Shown here: in pieces, positions 48,665 through 58,352 of the stretch
Layout of the letters: each line of letters opens with the position of its first letter
Position numbering within the stretch: position 1 is the stretch's first letter
Source: a virus
Direction: 5' to 3' (one strand)
Length of the DNA: 64,000 nucleotides
IMG/VR virus record: IMGVR_UViG_3300034418_008158
Location: 1 to 64,000 of that record
Notes under the pieces: generated by a model
What the model was told of the DNA's origin: nothing
What the model saw: the letters and a program-made list of their open reading frames with translations, nothing else
Databases searched by the model: none
Position numbers and translations under genes: made by a program

Positions 48665-49022
48665 AATTCTGATTGTTGTTGTAGCCTATCTCTTAGGAGA
48701 AGGCAGATGAAGATAAAAATTAAAGTTTTAAGAATCATAATCTATTGATTTTCAAGGTGTTAAGGGGATTATGAATGACAAAAGAAAAAGAACCAAAAAG
48801 AAAACCTTATACTTATTCTCTTTATCAACTCGTTGTGACTTCGTTCTCGCAGGATTATCTCTTCTTTGAAGAGTCAACCTTCGGTGACAAGTTACACTTT
48901 TTTTTTGACAATTGGTGCATTTTCATAAATTATTTTTAAATTATTTTTCAGAGCCTTGTAGCAGCAGATTATTTTGGCTCTAGGTATTTTATATTTTGTT
49001 AAGAAAAAAATTAAAAGAAAGG

Positions 49023-49053
49023 TTTGTTATTGTTAAATATATTCTTAACTTTG
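49023..49053 (+). promoter_or_regulatory. Bacteroidota sigma-type promoter of late operon
   Basis: TTTG (49023)-N19-TAACTTTG (49046). Confidence 0.75.
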
Positions 49054-49076
49054 TTTCAGATTAAAATGTATCTATA

Positions 49077-49439
49077 ATGATAAACAAAATTCAAAAAGGA
49101 CTTATGCTAGATAAGGATGAATACTATAAGAAGCATCTTAGTATTATTAATCCTATGTTTCCTGTACAGCTAGTGAAGAAAGAGATAGAAGTCCTCGCTG
49201 CTTTCTTAGCTCTTGACGAAGCTTTGGTGGAAGACGATTATTTTAATACAGTAGCAAGAAAGAAAGTGAGAGAGACTCTTAACTTGACAGCAGGGAATCT
49301 GAGTAACTATTTAAGGTCTATGATTACTAAAGGCTTTTTAGATAAGTCAGAGATTTCAGGAAGAATTACTATTAAGGAATTTTTAATACCAGAGACAGAA
49401 GCTCAGGGTTATATGTTTAAGATTGTAAATAAAGGGTAG
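49077..49439 (+). CDS. Winged-helix DNA-binding protein
   Basis: KKEIEVLA...VRETLNLTAGNLSNYLRSMITKGFL wHTH pattern. Confidence 0.65.
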   Translation: MINKIQKGLMLDKDEYYKKHLSIINPMFPVQLVKKEIEVLAAFLALDEALVEDDYFNTVARKKVRETLNLTAGNLSNYLRSMITKGFLDKSEISGRITIKEFLIPETEAQGYMFKIVNKG

Positions 49440-49772
49440 ATGCGAATAAAACAAAAGAGTCAAGATAGTAGGGAGTTGATTACAGAGTTTCATCAGGAGT
49501 TATTAGAGAAATACCCTGATATAACTTATGAAGAAGTAAGAGATATTTGTTATGCACCTTTTACTTTTACTAGGAAACAAATGGAAAGTGGCGAATGTAA
49601 GACAGTTAGATTAAAATACTTCGGTACGTTTAGAGTATATCCAGGAAGAGCGAAAGGGTTATTAGTTAGACTAAAAGATAAATTTGAGGCAAAGCTAGTC
49701 GAGCCCTCTGAGTATTTTAGAATCAAAGCAATGATAGAAACTTATCTACAAGACAATGAAAGTAAAGATTAA
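49440..49772 (+). CDS. IHF/HU-like DNA-binding protein
   Basis: KTVRLKYFGTF motif; position upstream of terminase as in crAss-like phages. Confidence 0.65.
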   Translation: MRIKQKSQDSRELITEFHQELLEKYPDITYEEVRDICYAPFTFTRKQMESGECKTVRLKYFGTFRVYPGRAKGLLVRLKDKFEAKLVEPSEYFRIKAMIETYLQDNESKD

Positions 49773-49953
49773 ATTAAAAGATACTACAACACCTGTATTT
49801 TATGACAAGGTATTGTCTCACTTCTTAGAAGGGCCGACTTTGGCTTTGCTCTTTGAAGATGGAAGTGTAAGAAATTTTCCTCTAGTACATATATGGTACT
49901 ACGAAACAACTCAAGCAAGAGAAAAAACCAAAGTACCAAATGAAATTATTTGA
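49756..49953 (+). CDS. Hypothetical protein
   Basis: 65 aa ORF in operon. Confidence 0.5.
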   Translation: MKVKIKLKDTTTPVFYDKVLSHFLEGPTLALLFEDGSVRNFPLVHIWYYETTQAREKTKVPNEII

Positions 49954-50374
49954 TCCTTACCACTGGCTACTTGGAAATTTACGCTACCAGCTTTTTTATT
50001 CTCCTAGGTTTAATTGGTTGATTAGAAAGCATATCATGCAACAAATAGTTTGGAGGATAGAAATGATGAATCCTACATGTTTTAATACAGGAAGTTGTGT
50101 AGAGTGTGGTTGTAAAACGACAGCATTGCAGATGGCTAATAAAGCTTGTGATGGTAAATGTTATCCTCCAATGATGTCAAGAAGGAAGCTAAAAAGATTT
50201 CTTGAAGGAGAAGAAATAAATGGCTGGTTACTATTAATAGATAGACAAAAAGTTTATACTTACAGTATCTATGAGGATAGAGAGAATTATATGATGAAGG
50301 AATCTCATTACCTTTATCATTATGGTACAATTGTGAATGAGAAAGATTTTAAAAAACAATTGAATAATGGATAA
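49940..50374 (+). CDS. Cys-rich zinc-binding protein
   Basis: C...GSCVECGC...KAC...CYP.MM. Confidence 0.6.
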   Translation: MKLFDPYHWLLGNLRYQLFYSPRFNWLIRKHIMQQIVWRIEMMNPTCFNTGSCVECGCKTTALQMANKACDGKCYPPMMSRRKLKRFLEGEEINGWLLLIDRQKVYTYSIYEDRENYMMKESHYLYHYGTIVNEKDFKKQLNNG

Positions 50375-50681
50375 ATGGGCAGCGACAAGTATTAAAAAGC
50401 TTACAGGGGTTGAGACTGGTACAGTAGTCACATTGACTTATCAAGCGTTAGAACCTTTACGAATTGAAGAGATTAAACCTGGATGTGGTTGTACTACAGT
50501 AAAGTACGATGAAAATACTATGCAGCTTACAGTAGATTATAAAGCTGAGACAATCCCTAAGCATTTGAAAGGGCAAGGTTGGTTTTATGCAGCAAAAGTT
50601 ATAGTAGTTAAATATGTAGATGGTGATCCTGATAGATTAACTTTTACATTAAAAGTAATAGATAATGGCATTTCTATTTAA
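50367..50681 (+). CDS. DUF1573-like Ig-fold protein
   Basis: IKPGCGCTT motif. Confidence 0.6.
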   Translation: MDKWAATSIKKLTGVETGTVVTLTYQALEPLRIEEIKPGCGCTTVKYDENTMQLTVDYKAETIPKHLKGQGWFYAAKVIVVKYVDGDPDRLTFTLKVIDNGISI

Positions 50682-51243
50682 AGTAGAAGAAAAACTAGTG
50701 TTTCCTAATACGGAAACTTTATTGATCTCTCCTTTCAAAGATATATGGGAAAGAGATACAAGTAAGAATAAATCAAATGCTCTTGAAGAGTTTGCTTATA
50801 TAGAGTTTATGACTTCAATGAAGAAGTCAAATCCTTATCGTCAATATGATGACTCAAGAAAAGAGCAAGTGGTAAAGGAAGCAGTCATTACACAAGAGAA
50901 CTGGAAACCAGATCAATTAGTTAGAGAAGCTCTTATTCAGATGGAAGAGTTTCAGACAAATGGTTCTAGTACATATTCATATTACTTGGCAACAAAAACT
51001 GCTGCTGAGAATTTGAAAGAGTTTTTCCTAAATGTAGATGTTAACGAAAGAAATGAAAAGGGTGTTCCTGTATATAAGCCAAGAGAAATTACAGCAGCTT
51101 TAAATGATACAGAGAAAGTCCTTACTAATCTCAAAGCTCTTGAGAAAAAAGTAGAAGAGGAACTTTATGAAACTACTAAAAATAGAGCAGATAAAGAGAT
51201 TTCACCTTTTGCTAACCCTAGAAGTCTTACTAAAAAACGTTAG
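50665..51243 (+). CDS. Conserved crAss-like protein upstream of terminase (small terminase candidate)
   Basis: ERDTSKNK..A..EFAYI..M...KSNPY; G.PVYKP motifs. Confidence 0.55.
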   Translation: MAFLFKVEEKLVFPNTETLLISPFKDIWERDTSKNKSNALEEFAYIEFMTSMKKSNPYRQYDDSRKEQVVKEAVITQENWKPDQLVREALIQMEEFQTNGSSTYSYYLATKTAAENLKEFFLNVDVNERNEKGVPVYKPREITAALNDTEKVLTNLKALEKKVEEELYETTKNRADKEISPFANPRSLTKKR

Positions 51244-51369
51244 TTATGATTAACCGAATTAAACATGCTATTTGGAAATTGTACACAGGGAGAACATTGT
51301 CTCTACATGAATTCACACTTCTTGAACAAGAGAAGAGAGAATTGAGAAGAGCAGGAAGCCTGCACCACG

Positions 51370-51810
51370 ATGATAAGAAAAGGTATGGAAGGTAGTTTAC
51401 CACAATGGAAGTTCGCTTCTGGCAAAGAGGCGAACTTTATTCAAGCTTTTAATAAAGAGGCTTTAGGATTTATTTATGAAGTTGAGTTTAACAACGGAAA
51501 GAAATATTTAGGAAGGAAAGCCCTTTATCATACACGTACTCTTAAACCTTTAAAAGGTAAAAAGAAAAAGAGAATTAAAGTAGTAGAATCAGATTGGCTA
51601 AAATATATTGGTTCTTTTAAAGACGAAGAACTAAAAGAGCAAATGAAAAGTGGACATCTAACTGTAGTTAAAAGAACTATCCTTAGAGAATGTTTAAGTA
51701 AGTGGGAAATGTCTTACTATGAAACTAAGCATCTTTTTGAAAAGGATTGTCTTTTGTCTAATGAGTATTACAATAATAACATCTTAGGAAAATTCTATAA
51801 ACCAAAGTAA
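51370..51810 (+). CDS. GIY-YIG-like nuclease
   Basis: GFIYEV...GKKYLGRK...ESDW..Y.GS...YYE...YNNNI. Confidence 0.7.
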   Translation: MIRKGMEGSLPQWKFASGKEANFIQAFNKEALGFIYEVEFNNGKKYLGRKALYHTRTLKPLKGKKKKRIKVVESDWLKYIGSFKDEELKEQMKSGHLTVVKRTILRECLSKWEMSYYETKHLFEKDCLLSNEYYNNNILGKFYKPK

Positions 51811-51951
51811 AATGCAAAAATTGTATAAAAATAAAGAAGGTCACTTATTTTTTGAATGTCTTATAGCAGAAATGCAAATTGTAATAATGTACACACCTAT
51901 TTTATATGGTGAGGAAGAAAATTATCAAATCGTAGAAAAAGAAATGTTTGT

Positions 51952-52434
51952 ATGAAATATATATCAGTAGTAGTTTTTTGTTTTATTACCATGTTAGGTT
52001 TCAGTCAGAAATCTGATCATATTGTGAAACCTAGCATTGGTCTTTACCTGGAGCATATACAATTCTTTAATCCTGAACTCGCTTATGGTAGTAATTTATA
52101 TCCAGGATTAGAATTAAATTTTAAACACTCTGTAAGGGGGATAAATTGGATTGGGACTGACTTTGGTATATTATATAATACTGATGAAGAGTTGCCTACT
52201 TTTTATCTTGGTATTGCTATTAGAAAATCTTTTTTTGAAGATAAAATGGCTGTACACTTTTTATTACCAAGGATGTCTATGCCTTTTGATGGTTGGAGAC
52301 CAATAGGATATAATACACCTTTTGGGTTTGAGTTTAGATTTGGAAAAGAAAAAGTTAGAGTTAAAATAAGTACTTTATTTTATAACAACGGTGTTGTTAA
52401 TAGACTTACAGTGTTCTACAAAATATTAAAATAA
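51952..52434 (+). CDS. Putative outer-membrane beta-barrel protein
   Basis: Signal peptide ending GFS-Q; alternating aromatic/hydrophobic beta strands. Confidence 0.5.
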   Translation: MKYISVVVFCFITMLGFSQKSDHIVKPSIGLYLEHIQFFNPELAYGSNLYPGLELNFKHSVRGINWIGTDFGILYNTDEELPTFYLGIAIRKSFFEDKMAVHFLLPRMSMPFDGWRPIGYNTPFGFEFRFGKEKVRVKISTLFYNNGVVNRLTVFYKILK

Positions 52435-52452
52435 TGTTTAGACTATTTAAGA

Positions 52453-54630
52453 ATGACTATAACTACTGATATATACGAAGAAGGGAAAGCTGCTTCGGTT
52501 AGGAATCCTCAAGGTATTTGGATTAATAGTCAAGTGTTTAGGGAAGAGGGTACTCATTTTATGAAACATGGATATTATTGTCCTGACCCTTGGGAATCCC
52601 CTGCATGGTTTGATTATTGGTTTGAACAGAGAAGAAGATGTATAGAAGGATATTCTGTTGGAGGAACTAAGATAACAGGTGATCATTATTTTTACCTAAA
52701 CTTTTGTCCTATTCAAAAGGCTCAAGATGCTCAAGCTTTATCAAGAACAATTAAGATTGAAGGCTTTCCTGATTTTTGGGATGGTGATTTTAATTATTTT
52801 TGGATTAGAGAAATTGCTAGGTATGGTGTACTTGATACTTTAGCTGATGATGACACTAAACATGCAATACTAGAGTTAGACAGTATTGAGCAAGCAATTA
52901 AACTAAAGGAGCTATTTGAGTCATTGCACTTGGAAGTTAAATTAGAGGCTGACTGCTTAACTGGTGGTTGGAATCTTATAGTAGGTAAGGCAAGAAGAAG
53001 GGGCTACTCTTATAAGTCTGCTGCTGCTGCGGTAAGAAATTACTACACAAAACCTAAATCATTAACTATTTTTGCAGCCTATGAAAAGAAGTACCTTTAT
53101 CCAGGGGGACTTATGACTATGGCTACAAACTATATCAACTTCATCAATAAGAATACAGGATGGGCAATGCCTTCTGATGTTATACAAAAACAAGATCACA
53201 TTAGAGCATCTTATATTCAGTATAGGAAAGGTATTAAAATTGAAGATGGATTTATGTCTCAACTTCAAGGTCTTACTTTTAAAGATAATGCAGATGCAGC
53301 AAGGGGAAAAGATGCTGAAGAAGTTTACTTTGAAGAGTCAGGTGCATTTGGTACACCTGGATTATTGAAGAAATCATATAAAGCAACTGAAGATTGTGTA
53401 ATGGCTGGAGCAATTAAAACAGGTATGATAACTATCTTTGGTACATCTGGAGATATGGAAGGTGGTACTGCGGATTATGCTGATATGCACTCAAGACCTA
53501 AAGCCTTTGGTCTTTTACCTTTTAAGAATGTTTGGGATGCAGGAATGGAAGAAACTACATCAGGATTTTTTCATCCTATCACTTGGAATATGGAGGGGGG
53601 ATTTTATGATGAACAAGGTAACTCTGATGTTGCTGCTGCAACTGCTGCTGAGCTTTTAACAAGAAAAGAACTTATTAAACATGGTGCAACTTCAACAGAG
53701 ATTCAACAAAGGATGCAAGAGAAACCTCTGGGCCCAAGTGAAGCTTTCTCTGCTGTATCAGTTAATAATTTTCCTGTTGTTGAGTTAAAGAGACAATTAA
53801 GATTAGTAAAAGGTCGTGATTTACAAAGGTATAAAGGTACTCCTGTAGAACTTAGTTATGGTAAAGAGGGTGAAGTAATTGCTAAACCAATCATAGATGG
53901 TTCAGCAGAACCTATTTGGTCATATTATAATGTACCAACAAACAAAAGAGGTGTTCCTACTATATATGAATACCCTGTAGAATTACCACAAAAAGGCCTA
54001 TATAAAATTGGATATGACCCTGTTAGGCAAGATATAGGTACATCTTTGGCAGCTATTATTGTTTATAAAAGTTTTCATGTAGGGAGTATGTATCATAATA
54101 TTATTGTAGCTGAATATGTAGGAAGAAAGGAGTCTCCTGAAGATATGGATAGAATAGCTGAGATGTTTGCAGTCTTATATAATACTAAGGTAATGTATGA
54201 GAATGAAGTAACAGGAGTTAAAAACTATTTCAGAAGAGCGAAGAAATTACATTTACTGGCAGCTCAGCCTGATGCAGTTATTAGTAAAAACATCAAAAAA
54301 TCAAAAGTAGCTAGAGTTTTTGGGTGTCATATGAATGAGCAACTTAAAGATGCAGGAGAAAGGTATGTCAAAGATTGGCTGTTAACTATATTGGATTATG
54401 ATGAAAATGGTAATCCTGTAACAGTTATTGATAGGATTTATTCTGTTAGGTTATTAGAAGAATTAATAGCTTATAATAGAAAAGGAAACTTTGATTTAGT
54501 ATCTGCGTTGTTTATGTGTATGTTCCAAGTACAAGAAGAAACCCTTGATAAAGAGTACGGAGAAGACAAGGGAAATAAAAATGCTAAGAAATTACTTGCA
54601 TTAATGGATAAAATGCACAGAAAGAACTAA
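52453..54630 (+). CDS. terL: Terminase large subunit
   Basis: KARRRGYSYK Walker A, FEESG Walker B, GTSGD, GYDP nuclease, GNFD.VSA motifs. Confidence 0.92.
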   Translation: MTITTDIYEEGKAASVRNPQGIWINSQVFREEGTHFMKHGYYCPDPWESPAWFDYWFEQRRRCIEGYSVGGTKITGDHYFYLNFCPIQKAQDAQALSRTIKIEGFPDFWDGDFNYFWIREIARYGVLDTLADDDTKHAILELDSIEQAIKLKELFESLHLEVKLEADCLTGGWNLIVGKARRRGYSYKSAAAAVRNYYTKPKSLTIFAAYEKKYLYPGGLMTMATNYINFINKNTGWAMPSDVIQKQDHIRASYIQYRKGIKIEDGFMSQLQGLTFKDNADAARGKDAEEVYFEESGAFGTPGLLKKSYKATEDCVMAGAIKTGMITIFGTSGDMEGGTADYADMHSRPKAFGLLPFKNVWDAGMEETTSGFFHPITWNMEGGFYDEQGNSDVAAATAAELLTRKELIKHGATSTEIQQRMQEKPLGPSEAFSAVSVNNFPVVELKRQLRLVKGRDLQRYKGTPVELSYGKEGEVIAKPIIDGSAEPIWSYYNVPTNKRGVPTIYEYPVELPQKGLYKIGYDPVRQDIGTSLAAIIVYKSFHVGSMYHNIIVAEYVGRKESPEDMDRIAEMFAVLYNTKVMYENEVTGVKNYFRRAKKLHLLAAQPDAVISKNIKKSKVARVFGCHMNEQLKDAGERYVKDWLLTILDYDENGNPVTVIDRIYSVRLLEELIAYNRKGNFDLVSALFMCMFQVQEETLDKEYGEDKGNKNAKKLLALMDKMHRKN

Positions 54631-54649
54631 CTTTGTAAAAATTTACCTT

Positions 54650-57052
54650 ATGGAAAAAGTAACCCGAAATCAACGATTATCTTTAGCTCAAAAGAATGCA
54701 CATGATAAACGTTGGTATAAAGAAGAAGCAGATAGACTAGATGCTCAAGGAACAGGATCAGTTGGATATGGTGGAATCCTGGACTACAAAAGAATGAAAG
54801 TCAATTATGATCTTTTTAATAACATATTAAACTTAACAGACTTTGAATATGTTTTTCAACCTTATGGAGCAGAAGTAGGAGAACTTCCTGCTTCGATGGT
54901 GAATAGAGATATATCATCAGGAAAGATTAAAGCTATTCTTGGCATGGAAATGAAGAGATCATTTTCCTGGAGAGCTATAGCTACTAATCCTGAAGCCACA
55001 ACTAGAAGAGAACAAGAAGAGTTTGGAAGAGTAAGAGAATGGGTGATAAACTCTATCATGGAACCTATTCGTCAACAAATTGAAATGGAAAGCCAACAAG
55101 AGATGGCTGGTGGGGAAGAACTTACAGAAGAGCAGAAGAAGCAAATACAAGCACAAATTGCTGAACAAACTAAATCTCAAACTCCTGCTGAAGTTCATAA
55201 ATACATGGAAAGGGAACATCAAGACCCTGCTGAAGTCATGTCTCATCAATTACTTGAATACCTTATTCAAAAATGTGAATTGAAAAGAAAGTTCAATGAA
55301 GCGTTTAAGCATGGTTTATTATCTGCAAAAGGAGTTATGTATGTAGGAGTGATGAATGGTGAGCCCCAAGCTTGGAATGTAAACTCTCTAAGATTTAGAT
55401 GTGATAAGTCAGCAGATACCCCTTTTACTCAGAATGGAGAATGGGCTACTTGTGAATATAGAATGACACCTTCAGAAGTTGTTGCACATTTTGGAGACGA
55501 AATGTCAGGAAAAGAGATTGATGATCTTTATAGCAACTACTCTCATCACAGAGAAAGTAAACTTAGAGACAGTCTTTTTAGCTTTGATAACTATGATGAC
55601 GATGATAATAGCACAGTAAGAGTGCTTCATTGTGTCTGGAAATCTTTGAGAAAGATAGGTTTCTTGCAATACCTGGATGAGGATAAGATGCCTCAAGAAA
55701 TGATAGTGGATGAACATTATAAGTTAGATGTTGATTCAGGGGATATAGAAATTGAATGGCAATGGATTCCAGAAGTCTATGAGACATGGAAAATTGGTGC
55801 TGATATTTATAAGCAGATGCAACCTATTCCAGGTCAATTTAAAGATATTGATAATTTATATCAGTGTGATTTACCTTATTATGGTGTTATTTATGACAAC
55901 ATGAACTCAGAAGAAACATCTTTAATGGATCGTCTTAAACCGTATCAATACTATTATAACATAGTAATGTATAGGTTAGAGTTGCTTTTAGCTTCTGATA
56001 AAGGTAAAAAAGTTCTTATGAATATTAATGCTATTCCTGATAGTGCTGGTATTGATATTGAGAAATGGAAATACTTTATGGATGCCTCTCCTGTAATGTG
56101 GTATGACCCTAATGAAGAAGGTACAGAATATAATGATGTGAACACTTTGGCTAAGACTATTGATTTATCTTTAGCTTCAGATATAGGTAAGTACATTGAA
56201 CTTGCTGAGTATCTAAAAACACAAGCTGGTTTATCAGTTGGTATTCCAGCTAATGTAGAAGGGCAATCTAGTCCTTATGAAGGTAAAGCTACAGGTCAAC
56301 AAAAGCTTATTCAATCTTCTCACATCTTAGAACCTTATTATGATTTACATGCTCACATGAAAAGAAGTGTCTTACAAGCTCTTCTTGAGACTGCTAAAAT
56401 AGCATATGCTAACTCTGGTAAAACTAAGCTTACTTATATTTTAGATGATATGTCAAGAAAGATTATTGATTTAGACTTGGCATTACTTGAAAACTCTACT
56501 TTAGGCATCTTTGTTCAAGACAGTGCTAAAGCAGAAGAAGTACAGGAGCTTATTAGAAACCTTGCACATGCAGCTATGCAGTCACAGAAAGTTGAATTTT
56601 CTGATGTTATTGCAGTTGTTAAACAAAAAGGTATCGTTGAAGCTGAAGAAGCCCTTAAAGCTGCTGAAGCACAAAGAAGAGAATTTGAACAAGGTATGCA
56701 AGAACAACAGTCTCAAGCTGCTGCTCAAGAGGCAGAGAAGCAAAGAGACTTTCAAAGAGAAGTATGGGAGCATGAAAAAGATATGGCTATCCTTAAAGAG
56801 GAAGAGAAGAGAAAAACAGAAGTTGTTAAAGGTGGTATAATGGGTGCATCTTTTAACCCTGAGTCAGACAGAGATCAAGATGGTGTAAATGACTTTATTG
56901 AAATAGCAAGAGATGGTTTAGATGCAGATATTAAAGTCAGTAAGCAGCAGTTAGAAAAAGAGAAATTTGAGCATCAAAAAGAGATGGACAAGGAAAAAGT
57001 AGACTTAGAGAAGAAAAAGCTAAAAGCTTCTTCGGCTAAAAGTTCTAAATAA
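54650..57052 (+). CDS. Portal protein
   Basis: 800 aa directly after terL; SLMDRLKPYQY.YN motif; coiled-coil tail typical of crAss-like portals. Confidence 0.85.
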   Translation: MEKVTRNQRLSLAQKNAHDKRWYKEEADRLDAQGTGSVGYGGILDYKRMKVNYDLFNNILNLTDFEYVFQPYGAEVGELPASMVNRDISSGKIKAILGMEMKRSFSWRAIATNPEATTRREQEEFGRVREWVINSIMEPIRQQIEMESQQEMAGGEELTEEQKKQIQAQIAEQTKSQTPAEVHKYMEREHQDPAEVMSHQLLEYLIQKCELKRKFNEAFKHGLLSAKGVMYVGVMNGEPQAWNVNSLRFRCDKSADTPFTQNGEWATCEYRMTPSEVVAHFGDEMSGKEIDDLYSNYSHHRESKLRDSLFSFDNYDDDDNSTVRVLHCVWKSLRKIGFLQYLDEDKMPQEMIVDEHYKLDVDSGDIEIEWQWIPEVYETWKIGADIYKQMQPIPGQFKDIDNLYQCDLPYYGVIYDNMNSEETSLMDRLKPYQYYYNIVMYRLELLLASDKGKKVLMNINAIPDSAGIDIEKWKYFMDASPVMWYDPNEEGTEYNDVNTLAKTIDLSLASDIGKYIELAEYLKTQAGLSVGIPANVEGQSSPYEGKATGQQKLIQSSHILEPYYDLHAHMKRSVLQALLETAKIAYANSGKTKLTYILDDMSRKIIDLDLALLENSTLGIFVQDSAKAEEVQELIRNLAHAAMQSQKVEFSDVIAVVKQKGIVEAEEALKAAEAQRREFEQGMQEQQSQAAAQEAEKQRDFQREVWEHEKDMAILKEEEKRKTEVVKGGIMGASFNPESDRDQDGVNDFIEIARDGLDADIKVSKQQLEKEKFEHQKEMDKEKVDLEKKKLKASSAKSSK

Positions 57053-57136
57053 TAAGAATTAGCTATTAGTGTTTGAAAATAGATAATTAAGTTTTATACT
57101 TGAAAAACGTTAAGTTTAATATTAAATTTGTACTGT

Positions 57137-58312
57137 ATGAGCAATCAAAATCAAAGTAAGGAGTTAGACACATCTTTTATAGGATGGGAACAACAAACAG
57201 AAGAGGTGGATTTTTTCGGAACAACAACTGAAGTAAGTACGCTTATTCCAGAAGACGAAGTACCAGCAAAACTAGATGCTGAGGAAAAAGAGCCTTCTGA
57301 AAAACCAAAATCTGAAACACCAGAAGAAGATTCATTCTTTGGTGTAGAAGAAGAACCAGAAAAACCTTTTTCACATGCTGAAGAGGAGGAAGAGGAGGAG
57401 AGAGAGGAAGAGATTCCTGATGAAGAAGAGGAAGAAGGAAGTTCTGGACACATTGGAGCATTAAACCTTTTAAAAGAAAAAGGTCTTTTAGATTACGAGT
57501 TAGAAGAAGGAGAAGAGCTGACTGAAGAAAAAGCTGCTGCTTTTATTGAAGATAACTATGAAGCTAGTATTGAAGAGAGAGTAGGAGAGCTATTTCAAGA
57601 ACTGCCCCAGGTAGTTAAAGACCTGAATAAGTTTGTTTTAGATGGTGGTGATATTCGATCTTTTCTTGGTTCTTTTGTAAAAGATTCTGGAGTTAGTTCT
57701 GACATGGACATATCTCAAGAAGCTAATCAAGAACTTGTAATGAGAAATGCTTTGAAAGAAGAAGAGTACGATGATGACTACATTGAGACTCATATTGAAT
57801 TCCTTAAAGACACTAAAAAACTTGAGAAGTTTGCAAAGGCAAAGCTTGAGAAGAAAAAAAAGGAAGAAGATAAAGCAAGGGAAGCTATGGTTAAACAGCA
57901 AGAAGCTGCTAAGCAAGCTCAAAAAGAAACCCTTAGAAAGTTAAAATCCTCTGTAACAAGTAATCTAAAAGAGATTAATGATGTAGAGGGCATACCTTTA
58001 ACTAAAGCTGACAAGAAAGATTTACCATCTTATATGGTAGATAGAAACGTTAAACTAGATAATGGTGGTAGTATTACTGCTATGCAAATGGATTTGATGG
58101 AAGCTTTAAAGGATGAAAAGAAAGCCTTATTTATTGCTAAACTACTTAAAACTGATTTTGATTTGTCCACTATACAGGCCAAAGCTCAAACTGAAGTTAC
58201 TAAGAAAGTTAAGGATGGGATAAGACGAAATAAGAAAGACACGAAGAATGTGAGATCAACAGGTAGTGGGGCAACCTCTGCTGGCAAGAAATCACTTTCT
58301 GATTATTTTTAG
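57137..58312 (+). CDS. Acidic capsid scaffolding-like protein
   Basis: Glu-rich N-half, coiled-coil C-half, between portal and MCP; CTTG-N20-TAAATTTG promoter-like site upstream. Confidence 0.65.
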   Translation: MSNQNQSKELDTSFIGWEQQTEEVDFFGTTTEVSTLIPEDEVPAKLDAEEKEPSEKPKSETPEEDSFFGVEEEPEKPFSHAEEEEEEEREEEIPDEEEEEGSSGHIGALNLLKEKGLLDYELEEGEELTEEKAAAFIEDNYEASIEERVGELFQELPQVVKDLNKFVLDGGDIRSFLGSFVKDSGVSSDMDISQEANQELVMRNALKEEEYDDDYIETHIEFLKDTKKLEKFAKAKLEKKKKEEDKAREAMVKQQEAAKQAQKETLRKLKSSVTSNLKEINDVEGIPLTKADKKDLPSYMVDRNVKLDNGGSITAMQMDLMEALKDEKKALFIAKLLKTDFDLSTIQAKAQTEVTKKVKDGIRRNKKDTKNVRSTGSGATSAGKKSLSDYF

Positions 58313-58352
58313 AATATATTAACACTTAAATTTTTAAATCTTAAATTAAATT

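Noticed and set aside
14078-54630. Inteins or introns in RNR, polA, helicases or terL
   Set aside because: Lengths are normal, motifs are contiguous, and no intein splice signatures were seen.
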